Below, one piece after another: positions 1 through 8,333 of a stretch of DNA of 32,000 nucleotides; positions within the stretch are counted from its first letter, which is position 1, and each line of letters begins with the position of its first letter. The translations under genes and the position numbers were made by a program. This stretch comes from Bacillus subtilis subsp. subtilis str. 168 (GTDB taxonomy: Bacteria > Bacillota > Bacilli > Bacillales > Bacillaceae), in NCBI RefSeq assembly GCF_000009045.1, contig NC_000964.3, forward strand, positions 1,500,001 through 1,532,000, given 5' to 3'. The notes beneath the pieces were generated by a model that worked only from the letters and a program-made list of their open reading frames with translations, was not told where the DNA came from and did no database searches.

Positions 1-1646
1 TCCTGCAAATTACGATTGATGAGATCGTACTGGGACGGCAGTATCAGCTTGCGGCGTGGGTCAGCTTAGGATTTATTGCGGTGATGGTTTTGAAAGGAAT
101 GGCTACCTTTTTTCATCAGTATTTAGGTGATATGTTCGGGATCAAATCCGTTTATCGGCTGAGAAATGGTCTGTATGAAAAACTGCAGCGGCTTTCTTTT
201 TCTTACTATGATAACGCGAAAACAGGAGATTTGATGTCCAGGCTGACTGCTGATGTTGAAGGGCTTCGTTTTTTCTTATCATACGGTCTCGCTGAGCTCA
301 TTCGCTTCGGCCTGCTGGTAGCCATCAGCCTGTCGGTTATGTTTTACTATTCTGTTCCTCTCACGCTTGTGACAATAGCTGTTCTGCCATTTCTCGCGGT
401 TGCGGTATACCGGTTTGACAAAAGAGTCCATCCCGCCTTCAGAGGCATCCGCAAATCGTTTGCGAAACTCAATACAAAAGTTCAGGAAAATATCAGCGGC
501 ATTAATACGGTTAAATCTCTTTCCAGGGAAGATTTTCAGATCAGCACTTTCAATAAAGCCAATGCAGAATACAGGGCGCAGTATTTACAAACATCATCCA
601 TTTGGTCTGCGTATTTCCCTTTAATGGAGTTCATTGGTAACACTTGTATTGTAGCTCTTCTCTCATACGGCGGTTACTTGGTTATGCAAAATCAGCTCAA
701 TCCCGGCGAGCTTGTTGCTTTCTTCAGCCTTGTCAATTATATGATGTGGCCCATTATGAACTTAGGTTTTGTCATCAATATGTTCTCTCAAGCAAAAGCG
801 TCAGGGGAACGCCTGCTCGACATTCTGGAAAAAGAAGAAGACATTACAGATCATCCTCATGCTTTGCATAAACAAAAATTAACCGGAGATGTCCATTTCA
901 AAAATGTTTCTCTTGCATACGGAAAAGAACAAACAAACGCGCTGTGCAATGTAAGCTTTGAGGCAAACAGCGGGAAGGTAATCGGACTGTTGGGCCCGAC
1001 AGGTTCAGGCAAAAGCTCAGTGACACAGCTTCTCACCAGATTTTACAGTCCTGTTGGCGGAATGATTACCATTGATCACAAACCCATCACAGATTATTCG
1101 TTAAAAACCCTTCGCTCCAATATCGGGGTCGTACTTCAAGAATCCTTCCTGTTTTCATCTACGATTAGATCAAATATTTCGTATGGGCGGCCGGATGCCT
1201 CAATGGAAGACGTCATCGAAGCGGCAAAAAGGGCGCAGGCTCATAACTTTATTATGGAGCTTCCTGATGGGTATGACACCATGCTGGGAGAGAGGGGAAT
1301 GGGGCTTTCCGGCGGGCAGAAACAGCGTATTGCCATTGCGAGAGCCATCTGCTTGAACCCGAGCATTTTAATATTGGATGATGCCACAAGCGCAGTAGAT
1401 ATGCAAACGGAGCACAGCATACAGCTTGCCTTAAAAGAAGTCATGAAAAACCGCACAACCTTTATCGTCGCTCACCGCATTTCTTCACTGAAACACGCTG
1501 ATGAAATTCTCGTTTTTAATAAAGGACGCATTCGTGAAAGGGGAACACATCATGAGCTTCTTGAAAAAGGCGGCTACTATAAAAAGATTTACGATTTGCA
1601 ATACCGTGATGTCAAAATGATTAATGAGCCGCATGAGGTCGGATAG
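1..1646 (+). CDS. yknU: ABC exporter half-transporter (TMD-NBD fusion); the 5' end lies upstream of the window
   Basis: The frame is open from nt 3 to TAG 1644-1646. A type-I exporter TM domain is followed by an NBD with Walker A GPTGSGKSS, signature LSGGQKQR, Walker B ILILDD (Asp where the catalytic Glu is expected) and H-loop AHR. Recognised as YknU. Confidence 0.93.
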   Translation, partial: LQITIDEIVLGRQYQLAAWVSLGFIAVMVLKGMATFFHQYLGDMFGIKSVYRLRNGLYEKLQRLSFSYYDNAKTGDLMSRLTADVEGLRFFLSYGLAELIRFGLLVAISLSVMFYYSVPLTLVTIAVLPFLAVAVYRFDKRVHPAFRGIRKSFAKLNTKVQENISGINTVKSLSREDFQISTFNKANAEYRAQYLQTSSIWSAYFPLMEFIGNTCIVALLSYGGYLVMQNQLNPGELVAFFSLVNYMMWPIMNLGFVINMFSQAKASGERLLDILEKEEDITDHPHALHKQKLTGDVHFKNVSLAYGKEQTNALCNVSFEANSGKVIGLLGPTGSGKSSVTQLLTRFYSPVGGMITIDHKPITDYSLKTLRSNIGVVLQESFLFSSTIRSNISYGRPDASMEDVIEAAKRAQAHNFIMELPDGYDTMLGERGMGLSGGQKQRIAIARAICLNPSILILDDATSAVDMQTEHSIQLALKEVMKNRTTFIVAHRISSLKHADEILVFNKGRIRERGTHHELLEKGGYYKKIYDLQYRDVKMINEPHEVG

Positions 1647-1657
1647 GGAGGGGCCAA

Positions 1658-3472
1658 ATGAAACAAGCGAAAAAACAGGGGGTTTTAGAGCGTTTCTATT
1701 ACTCTTCAGATGAAATCATTGAAAAGCCGTTTAACTGGGCTCAAATGTGGCGGCTGCTGAGCTATGTCAAACCATATCGAAAAACAATTTTGCCGCTTTC
1801 TTTTCTCACTGTATTGATTGGCACTGCTGTGAAGCTTGTGATCCCCATTTTGATCGGCGTTTATGTTCTTGATCAAGCGATTACAGGGAGAAACTCGGAG
1901 CTGCTGATTCAGCTCATTTTTATTATTAGCGGTTTATATGTCCTCAATTACGCCGCCAATGTGTTAAGAATCAGGTGGATGAATCAGCTTGGCCAGCATG
2001 TCATTTACGATTTGCGACAGCATTTATTTACCCATGTGCAGCGCTTATCCCATCGATTTTTTGATCAGCGGTCGGCGGGATCGATCTTAGTCAGGATCAT
2101 GAATGATATTAACTCTCTTCAGGAGCTCTTTACAAGCGGAGTCATCAATTTGTTGACCGACTTGCTGCTTCTGGCCGGCGTGATTATTATTTTGTTTACG
2201 CTGAGCCCTGAGCTGACTATAGCCATCATGGTGACATTGCCGATTATGTTTTTTATTTCAACAAGTCTCAGAAAAAAAATACGCCGATCCTGGCAAACGG
2301 TACGGCTGAAGCAATCGAAGCTCAACTCTCATCTAAACGAAAGCATTCAGGGCATCCGGGTCACGCAGGCATTTACGCAGGAAGAAGAAAACATGGCGTA
2401 TTTTGACGGTGTCAATCAGGAGAACTACGAATCATGGCGGGAAGCAACTAGAAAAAATGCCATGTTCCGTCCGCTTGTAGAAATGACGAATGCGATTGGG
2501 ACGGCTGTCTTGATTTGGTATGGAGCCACACTCATCATGAATGAAACCATTACGATTGGCGTCTTCGTTTCTTTTGCTTTCTATCTGGGAATGTTTTGGG
2601 AACCTATTTCGAGACTGGGTCAGGTCTATAATCAGCTGTTAATGGGGATGGCATCATCAGAACGGATTTTTGAGTTTCTGGACGAACAGCCAAATGTCAA
2701 GGAGAAGCCGAATGCCATTCATAATGAAAAGATAAATGGGGAGATCAGTTTTGAAGAGGTTGAATTTTCGTATGATGAAAAACGAAAAGCCCTTCACGCC
2801 GTTTCTTTCTCTATTCCTGCGGGATCGACGCTTGCGCTTGTCGGGCATACAGGGAGCGGGAAGACGACGATTGCCAATTTAATCAGCCGTTTTTATGATG
2901 CGGCCGGAGGCACCATTAAAATAGACGGTATACCGATTAAGGATCTTTCCCTTGCCAGTCTGCGCTCTCAAATCAGCATTGTCCTGCAAGATACATTTAT
3001 TTTCTCCGGGACCATCATGGAAAATATTCGTTTTGGAAGGCCAAATGCTTCGGATGAAGAGGTGATGAAAGCGTCCCAAGCGGTCGGAGCGGATGAGTTT
3101 ATTTCCGATTTAGCGGAAGGATACGCAACAGAGGTAGAGGAAAGGGGCAGCGTACTGTCTGCCGGTCAGCGCCAGCTCATTTCATTTGCAAGAGCATTGC
3201 TCGCCGATCCGGCTATTATCATCCTTGACGAAGCAACGGCAAGCATTGATACAGAGACAGAAGTAAAAATTCAGCAAGCGTTAAAAACGCTTCTGAAAGG
3301 GCGTACAGCAGTGATGATCGCTCACAGATTGTCTACGATCCGCGACGCCGACCGCATCATTGTTCTTGATCACGGCAGGAAAATAGAAGAAGGGAACCAT
3401 GATCAGCTGCTCGCTAAAGGAGGCATTTATGCCGGGCTTGTGAAAGCGCAATACAGCACAGCGATAGAATAA
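1658..3472 (+). CDS. yknV: ABC exporter half-transporter, partner of YknU
   Basis: ATG 1658 is preceded by AGGGAGGGG and lies 11 nt after the yknU stop. The 604-aa product has a 6-TM domain and an NBD with Walker A GHTGSGKTT, signature LSAGQRQ (non-canonical) and Walker B IIILDEATASID. Confidence 0.95.
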   Translation: MKQAKKQGVLERFYYSSDEIIEKPFNWAQMWRLLSYVKPYRKTILPLSFLTVLIGTAVKLVIPILIGVYVLDQAITGRNSELLIQLIFIISGLYVLNYAANVLRIRWMNQLGQHVIYDLRQHLFTHVQRLSHRFFDQRSAGSILVRIMNDINSLQELFTSGVINLLTDLLLLAGVIIILFTLSPELTIAIMVTLPIMFFISTSLRKKIRRSWQTVRLKQSKLNSHLNESIQGIRVTQAFTQEEENMAYFDGVNQENYESWREATRKNAMFRPLVEMTNAIGTAVLIWYGATLIMNETITIGVFVSFAFYLGMFWEPISRLGQVYNQLLMGMASSERIFEFLDEQPNVKEKPNAIHNEKINGEISFEEVEFSYDEKRKALHAVSFSIPAGSTLALVGHTGSGKTTIANLISRFYDAAGGTIKIDGIPIKDLSLASLRSQISIVLQDTFIFSGTIMENIRFGRPNASDEEVMKASQAVGADEFISDLAEGYATEVEERGSVLSAGQRQLISFARALLADPAIIILDEATASIDTETEVKIQQALKTLLKGRTAVMIAHRLSTIRDADRIIVLDHGRKIEEGNHDQLLAKGGIYAGLVKAQYSTAIE

Positions 3473-3476
3473 TATG

Positions 3477-3503
3477 AAAAGCCTTCAATATTGAAGGTTT
3501 TTG
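3477..3503 (+). terminator. rho-independent terminator after yknV
   Basis: Stem CCTTCAA (3482-3488) pairs with TTGAAGG (3491-3497). It is flanked by A-run 3477-3480 and T-run 3498-3502. Confidence 0.75.
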
Positions 3504-3522
3504 GAAATTTATTAGAAAAACA

Positions 3523-3548
3523 TGAAACTTTTTGATATCCTTCCCGTA
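3523..3548 (+). promoter_or_regulatory. sigma-W (ECF) type promoter for yknWXYZ
   Basis: TGAAAC (3523-3528), exactly 16 nt, then CGTA (3545-3548, CGTACTA) matches the sigma-W consensus TGAAAC-N16-CGTA. It lies about 35 nt upstream of the yknW start. Confidence 0.8.
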
Positions 3549-3581
3549 CTATTTGTTAGATATTCTCAAGGAGGTTTTGAA

Positions 3582-4277
3582 ATGGAAACGAATGTAGAAA
3601 AAAACAGCGGAACGGCGACTGAAAAGCCTTCACTTTTCGGAGTAATCACAAGTCCGTCCGTTCAATTTGAAAGAATAAGAGAAAGGCCGGCTGTATGGGG
3701 ACCGCTTTTGATTGTTGCAGCAATTATCATCGTCGGTGCCGTGCTGCAATCACTCGGTACGGATTATAGTGAGCTTTTGAAAAGCCAGGATACGCAAGGG
3801 CTATCTGCTGAACAAATGGAAACTGTCGCAACAATAACCAAATTTGGCGGAATGGCAGGCGCTATTATCGGCGGTATCGCAGCATTATTTATTGCCCCTC
3901 TTATTTATTGGCTCTGTGTAAAAGTATCAGGCGGTGTTACGACATATAAAAAAATGCTTTCTCTCAGTCTGTTTGTCTCTTTGATTAGCAGTCTCGGATT
4001 ATTGGTTAATGGAATCGTTGCTTTTACGACTGACGTGAATCCTCTTTACAGCACGACGTCACTCGCAGGGATTATCCCATCTGACGGGGCTCTCGCCAGT
4101 GTGTTAAATACCTTTGAAATTTTCAGCATCTGGAGCTTTGTATTATTAGCAATCGGACTTCACAAAACGGGAGGCATCTCAAAAAAAGCCGGGTGGATTT
4201 CAGCAATCATTCTATTCGGAATTTTAGTTGTATTTTCGCTTTTTTCAGGTTTAATCAATTCTGTGGCGGGTGCATAA
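3582..4277 (+). CDS. yknW: Yip1-like polytopic membrane protein, accessory subunit of the YknXYZ transporter
   Basis: ATG 3582 lies 7 nt after AAGGAGG and gives 231 aa with about 5 TM helices. The longer ORF-track start (3522) overlaps the sigma-W promoter and is rejected. Confidence 0.9.
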   Translation: METNVEKNSGTATEKPSLFGVITSPSVQFERIRERPAVWGPLLIVAAIIIVGAVLQSLGTDYSELLKSQDTQGLSAEQMETVATITKFGGMAGAIIGGIAALFIAPLIYWLCVKVSGGVTTYKKMLSLSLFVSLISSLGLLVNGIVAFTTDVNPLYSTTSLAGIIPSDGALASVLNTFEIFSIWSFVLLAIGLHKTGGISKKAGWISAIILFGILVVFSLFSGLINSVAGA

Positions 4278-4281
4278 GCTC

Positions 4282-5415
4282 ATGAAAAAAGTCTGGATCG
4301 GAATTGGAATCGCAGTTATAGTCGCTCTTTTTGTTGGAATCAATATATACCGGTCTGCCGCTCCGACAAGCGGCAGCGCCGGCAAGGAGGTACAGACGGG
4401 GAGCGTTGAAGAAAATGAAATCTCATCAACGGTTATGGTTCCTGGCACGCTAAAATTTTCAAATGAACAGTATGTCTTTTATGAAGCGGATAAAGGGACA
4501 TTAGAAGACATTAAAGTAAAGGAAGGCGATAAAGTTAAAAAGGGCACGGCTTTAGTCACCTATACAAATGAGCAGCTGAGCCTGGAAAAAGAACAGAACC
4601 AGTTAACGTCTGAATCCAACCGGCTTCAAATTGACCAAATTCAAGAAAAGTTAAAAGCCTTGGACAGCAAAGAAAGAGAACTGGAAAAACAGGTAGGAAA
4701 GAAAGAAGCAGAAAAACAAATCGAATCTGAACGGACAGAGCTTCAAATGCAGAAAAAAACAGCGGAGATCGAATTAAAACAAACCGAGCTTCAGCGGCAG
4801 TCACTTGCCAACCGGGTGTCAGATTTAGAAGTGAAAAGCGAAATTGAAGGCACCGTTATTTCTGTCAACCAAGAAGCGGCATCCAAAAAGTCAGATATTC
4901 AAGAGCCTGTCATACATATCGGCAACCCAAAAGACCTTGTCGTCTCAGGGAAATTGTCTGAATACGATACATTGAAAGTCAAAAAAGGCCAGAAGGTCAC
5001 ACTCACTTCAGATGTAATACAGGGTAAAACATGGAAAGGCACGGTTTCCGCAGTCGGGCTTGTTCCGGATCAGCAGGAGAGCGCTGCGGCACAAGGAACA
5101 GAACAGGCGGTCCAATACCCGCTTCAAGTGAAAATAAAAGGAAATCTTCCAGAAGGAAAGCCAGGCTTTAAATTTATCATGAATATTGAAACAGATAAAC
5201 GGAAAGCAAATACGCTTCCTTCAAAGGCAGTCAAAAAAGAAGATGACCAATATTATGTGTATACAGTAAAAGACGGAAAAGCAAAGCGAGTTGATGTCAA
5301 AATCGGCGAAGTGACAGATGACCTGACAGAAATTAAAGAGGGGCTTACCCAAGATGATCAAGTCATTTTGAATCCATCTGATCAGGTGACTGACGGAATG
5401 GAAGTGAAATCCTAA
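4282..5415 (+). CDS. yknX: membrane-fusion (HlyD/periplasmic adaptor family) protein
   Basis: ATG 4282 gives 377 aa; an in-frame GTG at 4270 is also possible. It has an N-terminal TM anchor, a long coiled-coil (EKEQNQL...ELEKQ...IELKQTELQRQ) and a C-terminal beta-barrel region. Confidence 0.9.
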   Translation: MKKVWIGIGIAVIVALFVGINIYRSAAPTSGSAGKEVQTGSVEENEISSTVMVPGTLKFSNEQYVFYEADKGTLEDIKVKEGDKVKKGTALVTYTNEQLSLEKEQNQLTSESNRLQIDQIQEKLKALDSKERELEKQVGKKEAEKQIESERTELQMQKKTAEIELKQTELQRQSLANRVSDLEVKSEIEGTVISVNQEAASKKSDIQEPVIHIGNPKDLVVSGKLSEYDTLKVKKGQKVTLTSDVIQGKTWKGTVSAVGLVPDQQESAAAQGTEQAVQYPLQVKIKGNLPEGKPGFKFIMNIETDKRKANTLPSKAVKKEDDQYYVYTVKDGKAKRVDVKIGEVTDDLTEIKEGLTQDDQVILNPSDQVTDGMEVKS

Positions 5416-6108
5416 ATGATTCAGCTTTCTAATGTGCGAAAAAGCTACCAGATCGGAAAGGAAACGTTTGATGTTCTCCATTCTATTGATTTGGACATTC
5501 ATCAAGGTGAATATGTCTCGATTATGGGGCCGTCAGGATCAGGAAAATCGACGATCATGAATATTATCGGCTGTCTTGATCGGCCGACTTCCGGTACATA
5601 TCAATTGGACGGCGAAGACATTTCTTCATATAAAGATAAAGAACTGGCGGCAGTCCGTAACCGGTCCATCGGTTTTGTATTTCAGCAATTTCAGCTTCTT
5701 CCGCGGCTGAACGCAAAAAAAAATGTCGAGCTGCCGATGATTTATTCCGGGATAGGCAAAAAGGAACGTCAAGAGCGGGCTGAGAGAGCATTGGAAAAGG
5801 TCGGGTTAGCCGATCGAATGCTCCACATGCCCAACGAGCTGTCGGGCGGGCAGAAGCAGCGGGTGGCGATTGCGAGGGCGATCGTGAATGAGCCGAAATT
5901 GATTTTAGCTGATGAACCGACCGGCGCGCTGGATACGAAAACAAGCGAGGCGATTATGGATCAGTTTACAGCATTAAATGCCGAGGGAACGACAATCGTT
6001 CTGGTTACTCACGAGCCTGAAGTAGCAGATTGCACGAATCGGATCGTCATGGTGCGTGACGGAAACATTGTTCCTGCCAGCTCCGGACAAAGGAGTGTGG
6101 GAGAATGA
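5416..6108 (+). CDS. yknY: MacB-type ABC ATPase
   Basis: The ATG directly follows the yknX TAA. It has Walker [10 protein letters not shown], signature LSGGQKQR and Walker [13 protein letters not shown]. Confidence 0.95.
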   Translation: MIQLSNVRKSYQIGKETFDVLHSIDLDIHQGEYVSIMGPSGSGKSTIMNIIGCLDRPTSGTYQLDGEDISSYKDKELAAVRNRSIGFVFQQFQLLPRLNAKKNVELPMIYSGIGKKERQERAERALEKVGLADRMLHMPNELSGGQKQRVAIARAIVNEPKLILADEPTGALDTKTSEAIMDQFTALNAEGTTIVLVTHEPEVADCTNRIVMVRDGNIVPASSGQRSVGE

Positions 6109-7298
6109 GCCTGTTGGAAAACATCAGAATGGCTCTAAGCTCTGTCCTTGCCCATAAAATGCGTTCGATCTTAACGATGCTCGGCATTATCATTGGTGTA
6201 GGCTCTGTCATTGTTGTCGTTGCGGTAGGACAGGGCGGCGAGCAAATGCTGAAGCAGTCGATCAGCGGCCCGGGAAATACTGTGGAGCTGTACTATATGC
6301 CTAGCGACGAGGAGCTTGCAAGCAACCCGAATGCCGCAGCTGAATCTACGTTTACAGAAAACGATATTAAAGGTTTAAAAGGAATAGAAGGCATTAAACA
6401 AGTCGTTGCTTCGACTTCTGAAAGTATGAAAGCGCGTTATCACGAAGAAGAAACCGATGCTACGGTTAACGGAATAAATGATGGATACATGAATGTCAAT
6501 TCTTTGAAAATCGAAAGCGGCAGAACCTTTACCGACAATGACTTTCTCGCGGGGAATAGAGTCGGAATCATCTCTCAAAAAATGGCTAAAGAGCTGTTTG
6601 ATAAAACCTCCCCTCTAGGTGAAGTTGTCTGGATTAACGGACAGCCCGTTGAAATTATCGGCGTGCTGAAAAAAGTAACAGGCTTGCTTTCTTTCGATTT
6701 AAGTGAAATGTATGTGCCATTTAATATGATGAAATCCTCTTTTGGCACAAGTGATTTCAGTAACGTATCATTGCAGGTCGAATCAGCAGACGACATAAAA
6801 TCGGCTGGAAAAGAAGCGGCACAGCTGGTAAATGACAATCATGGCACAGAGGATTCGTATCAAGTGATGAACATGGAAGAGATTGCGGCCGGAATTGGCA
6901 AAGTAACTGCAATTATGACGACGATTATCGGCTCAATTGCAGGTATTTCCCTTTTGGTCGGCGGAATCGGTGTCATGAATATTATGCTCGTATCAGTCAC
7001 AGAACGGACGCGGGAAATCGGAATCAGAAAATCACTTGGTGCGACGAGGGGACAGATTCTGACTCAGTTTTTAATTGAATCAGTCGTATTGACGCTGATT
7101 GGCGGTCTGGTCGGGATTGGTATTGGATACGGAGGGGCCGCGCTTGTTTCAGCCATTGCGGGCTGGCCGTCACTCATATCCTGGCAGGTTGTATGCGGGG
7201 GCGTGCTGTTCAGTATGCTCATTGGTGTTATTTTCGGCATGCTTCCTGCAAATAAAGCCGCAAAGCTTGATCCCATTGAAGCGCTGCGTTATGAGTAG
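6105..7298 (+). CDS. yknZ: MacB/FtsX-type ABC permease
   Basis: ATG 6105 overlaps the yknY stop (ATGA). The 397-aa product has an N-terminal TM, a large extracytoplasmic domain and a C-terminal FtsX-type TM bundle. Confidence 0.95.
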   Translation: MSLLENIRMALSSVLAHKMRSILTMLGIIIGVGSVIVVVAVGQGGEQMLKQSISGPGNTVELYYMPSDEELASNPNAAAESTFTENDIKGLKGIEGIKQVVASTSESMKARYHEEETDATVNGINDGYMNVNSLKIESGRTFTDNDFLAGNRVGIISQKMAKELFDKTSPLGEVVWINGQPVEIIGVLKKVTGLLSFDLSEMYVPFNMMKSSFGTSDFSNVSLQVESADDIKSAGKEAAQLVNDNHGTEDSYQVMNMEEIAAGIGKVTAIMTTIIGSIAGISLLVGGIGVMNIMLVSVTERTREIGIRKSLGATRGQILTQFLIESVVLTLIGGLVGIGIGYGGAALVSAIAGWPSLISWQVVCGGVLFSMLIGVIFGMLPANKAAKLDPIEALRYE

Positions 7299-7327
7299 CC
7301 TCATGCAACATGCATGAGGTTTTTTTA
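7299..7327 (+). terminator. rho-independent terminator after yknZ
   Basis: CCTCATGCA (7299-7307) pairs with TGCATGAGG (7311-7319), followed by T7 at 7320-7326. Confidence 0.9.
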
Positions 7328-7460
7328 TGTTTAGTGATTTCTACTATGAATATAAAAGACTTTTTTCATTAAAATAAGAAGAAAATGTCGTACAATTGTC
7401 CTTATTTTTGTCGAATTTACAGTTTACAAACCCTATAGACATACGTTAATATGGAGAAAC

Positions 7461-7500
7461 GTGAAAGATTTTGATAGTTATTGAATGAATTTGAATGATT
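7461..7500 (+). repeat. four tandem 10-bp units, candidate FruR (DeoR-type) operator array
   Basis: The units are GTGAAAGATT / TTGATAGTTA / TTGAATGAAT / TTGAATGATT. The (T)TGA cores fall at 7461, 7471, 7481 and 7491, exactly one helical turn apart, and the array abuts the -35 box. Confidence 0.5.
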
Positions 7501-7504
7501 TTAG

Positions 7505-7533
7505 TTGCCTAAACCGAAAATAGCGTTTACAAT
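7505..7533 (+). promoter_or_regulatory. candidate sigma-A promoter of fruRKA
   Basis: TTGCCT (7505-7510), a 17-nt spacer, then TACAAT (7528-7533), about 45 nt upstream of the fruR ATG. Confidence 0.5.
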
Positions 7534-7539
7534 GAAATT

Positions 7540-7563
7540 GTATTCAAAATGAATACGTTTTCA
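7540..7563 (+). promoter_or_regulatory. inverted repeat plus cre-like box at the predicted fruR transcription start
   Basis: GTATTC (7540-7545), AAAAT, then GAATAC (7551-7556) form a palindrome. TGAATACGTTTTCA (7550-7563) has one mismatch to the cre consensus TGWNANCGNTNWCA. Confidence 0.4.
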
Positions 7564-7577
7564 TTAGGAGGTGAAGC

Positions 7578-8333
7578 ATGCTAACTCCTGAACGGCATCA
7601 ATTGATTATTGATCAAATAGAAAAGCATGATGTGGTAAAGATTCAAGAGCTTATAAATCTGACTAATGCTTCTGAATCAACAATCAGAAGAGATTTATCG
7701 ACCCTTGAAGAACGCGGTTTTTTAAAGCGCGTTCATGGTGGAGCGGCCAAGCTTTCCGATATCAGACTTGAACCCGATATGCTTGAAAAATCATCCAAAA
7801 ACCTTCACGATAAACTGAAGATTGCTGAAAAAGCTGCTTCTCTTTTAGAAGAAGGGGATTGCATTTACCTTGATGCAGGCACGACGACATTGCACATGAT
7901 TGATTTTATGGATAAAACCAAAGATATTGTCGTTGTCACAAACGGGGTAATGCATATCGATGCATTAATAAGGAAAGAAATTTCTTTTTATCTGCTTGGA
8001 GGATACGTAAAGCACAGAACGGGCGCGATTATTGGAGGCGCTTCATTGGTTGCCATGGACCAGTACAGATTTGACAAGAGTTTTCTGGGGACAAACGGTG
8101 TCCATACAGAGGCTGGATTTACAACGCCGGACCCTGATGAGGCCCTTTTAAAACAGAAAGCGATCAAACAGGCAAAACACGCTTACGTCTTAGCAGACCC
8201 TTCGAAGTTCGGAGAAATTTCATTTTCGGCATTCGCCGGAATAGGCGACGCAACAATCATTACGACTGACGCTGAAGAGCTTACATTCGATAATTACCAA
8301 GAAAAAACTGTCGTAAAGGTAGTGAAACCATGA
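7578..8333 (+). CDS. fruR: DeoR-family transcriptional repressor of the fructose operon
   Basis: AGGAGGTG SD. The 251-aa product has an N-terminal wHTH (ASESTIRRDLSTLEERGF) and a DeoR C-terminal sugar-phosphate sensor domain. Confidence 0.95.
   Translation: MLTPERHQLIIDQIEKHDVVKIQELINLTNASESTIRRDLSTLEERGFLKRVHGGAAKLSDIRLEPDMLEKSSKNLHDKLKIAEKAASLLEEGDCIYLDAGTTTLHMIDFMDKTKDIVVVTNGVMHIDALIRKEISFYLLGGYVKHRTGAIIGGASLVAMDQYRFDKSFLGTNGVHTEAGFTTPDPDEALLKQKAIKQAKHAYVLADPSKFGEISFSAFAGIGDATIITTDAEELTFDNYQEKTVVKVVKP

Noticed and set aside
3522-3581. The ORF track gives N-terminal extensions for yknW 3522, yknX 4270, ykoA 12327, ykpB 14034, mreBH 17593, abh 17829, kinC 18246, adeC 21288, rnjA 24794, ykrA 25338 and pdhC 30507.
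   Set aside because: In each case a downstream start has a properly spaced SD and gives the conserved N-terminus, while the extension lacks an SD. Some extensions also overlap promoter or terminator elements: the yknW extension covers the sigma-W promoter and the ykoA extension covers the ykpA promoter.
5564-5944. There are long shadow ORFs antisense to or out of frame with real genes. Examples are 5564-5944(-) 126 aa, 11473-11880(-) 135 aa, 15853-16302(+) 149 aa, 29473-29859(-) 128 aa, 23281-23619(+) 112 aa and 8374-8733(-) 119 aa.
   Set aside because: They lie entirely inside strongly supported genes on the other strand or frame and have no SD. Their Ser/Arg/Pro/Cys-rich composition is typical of antisense translation of coding DNA, and none has a recognisable motif.
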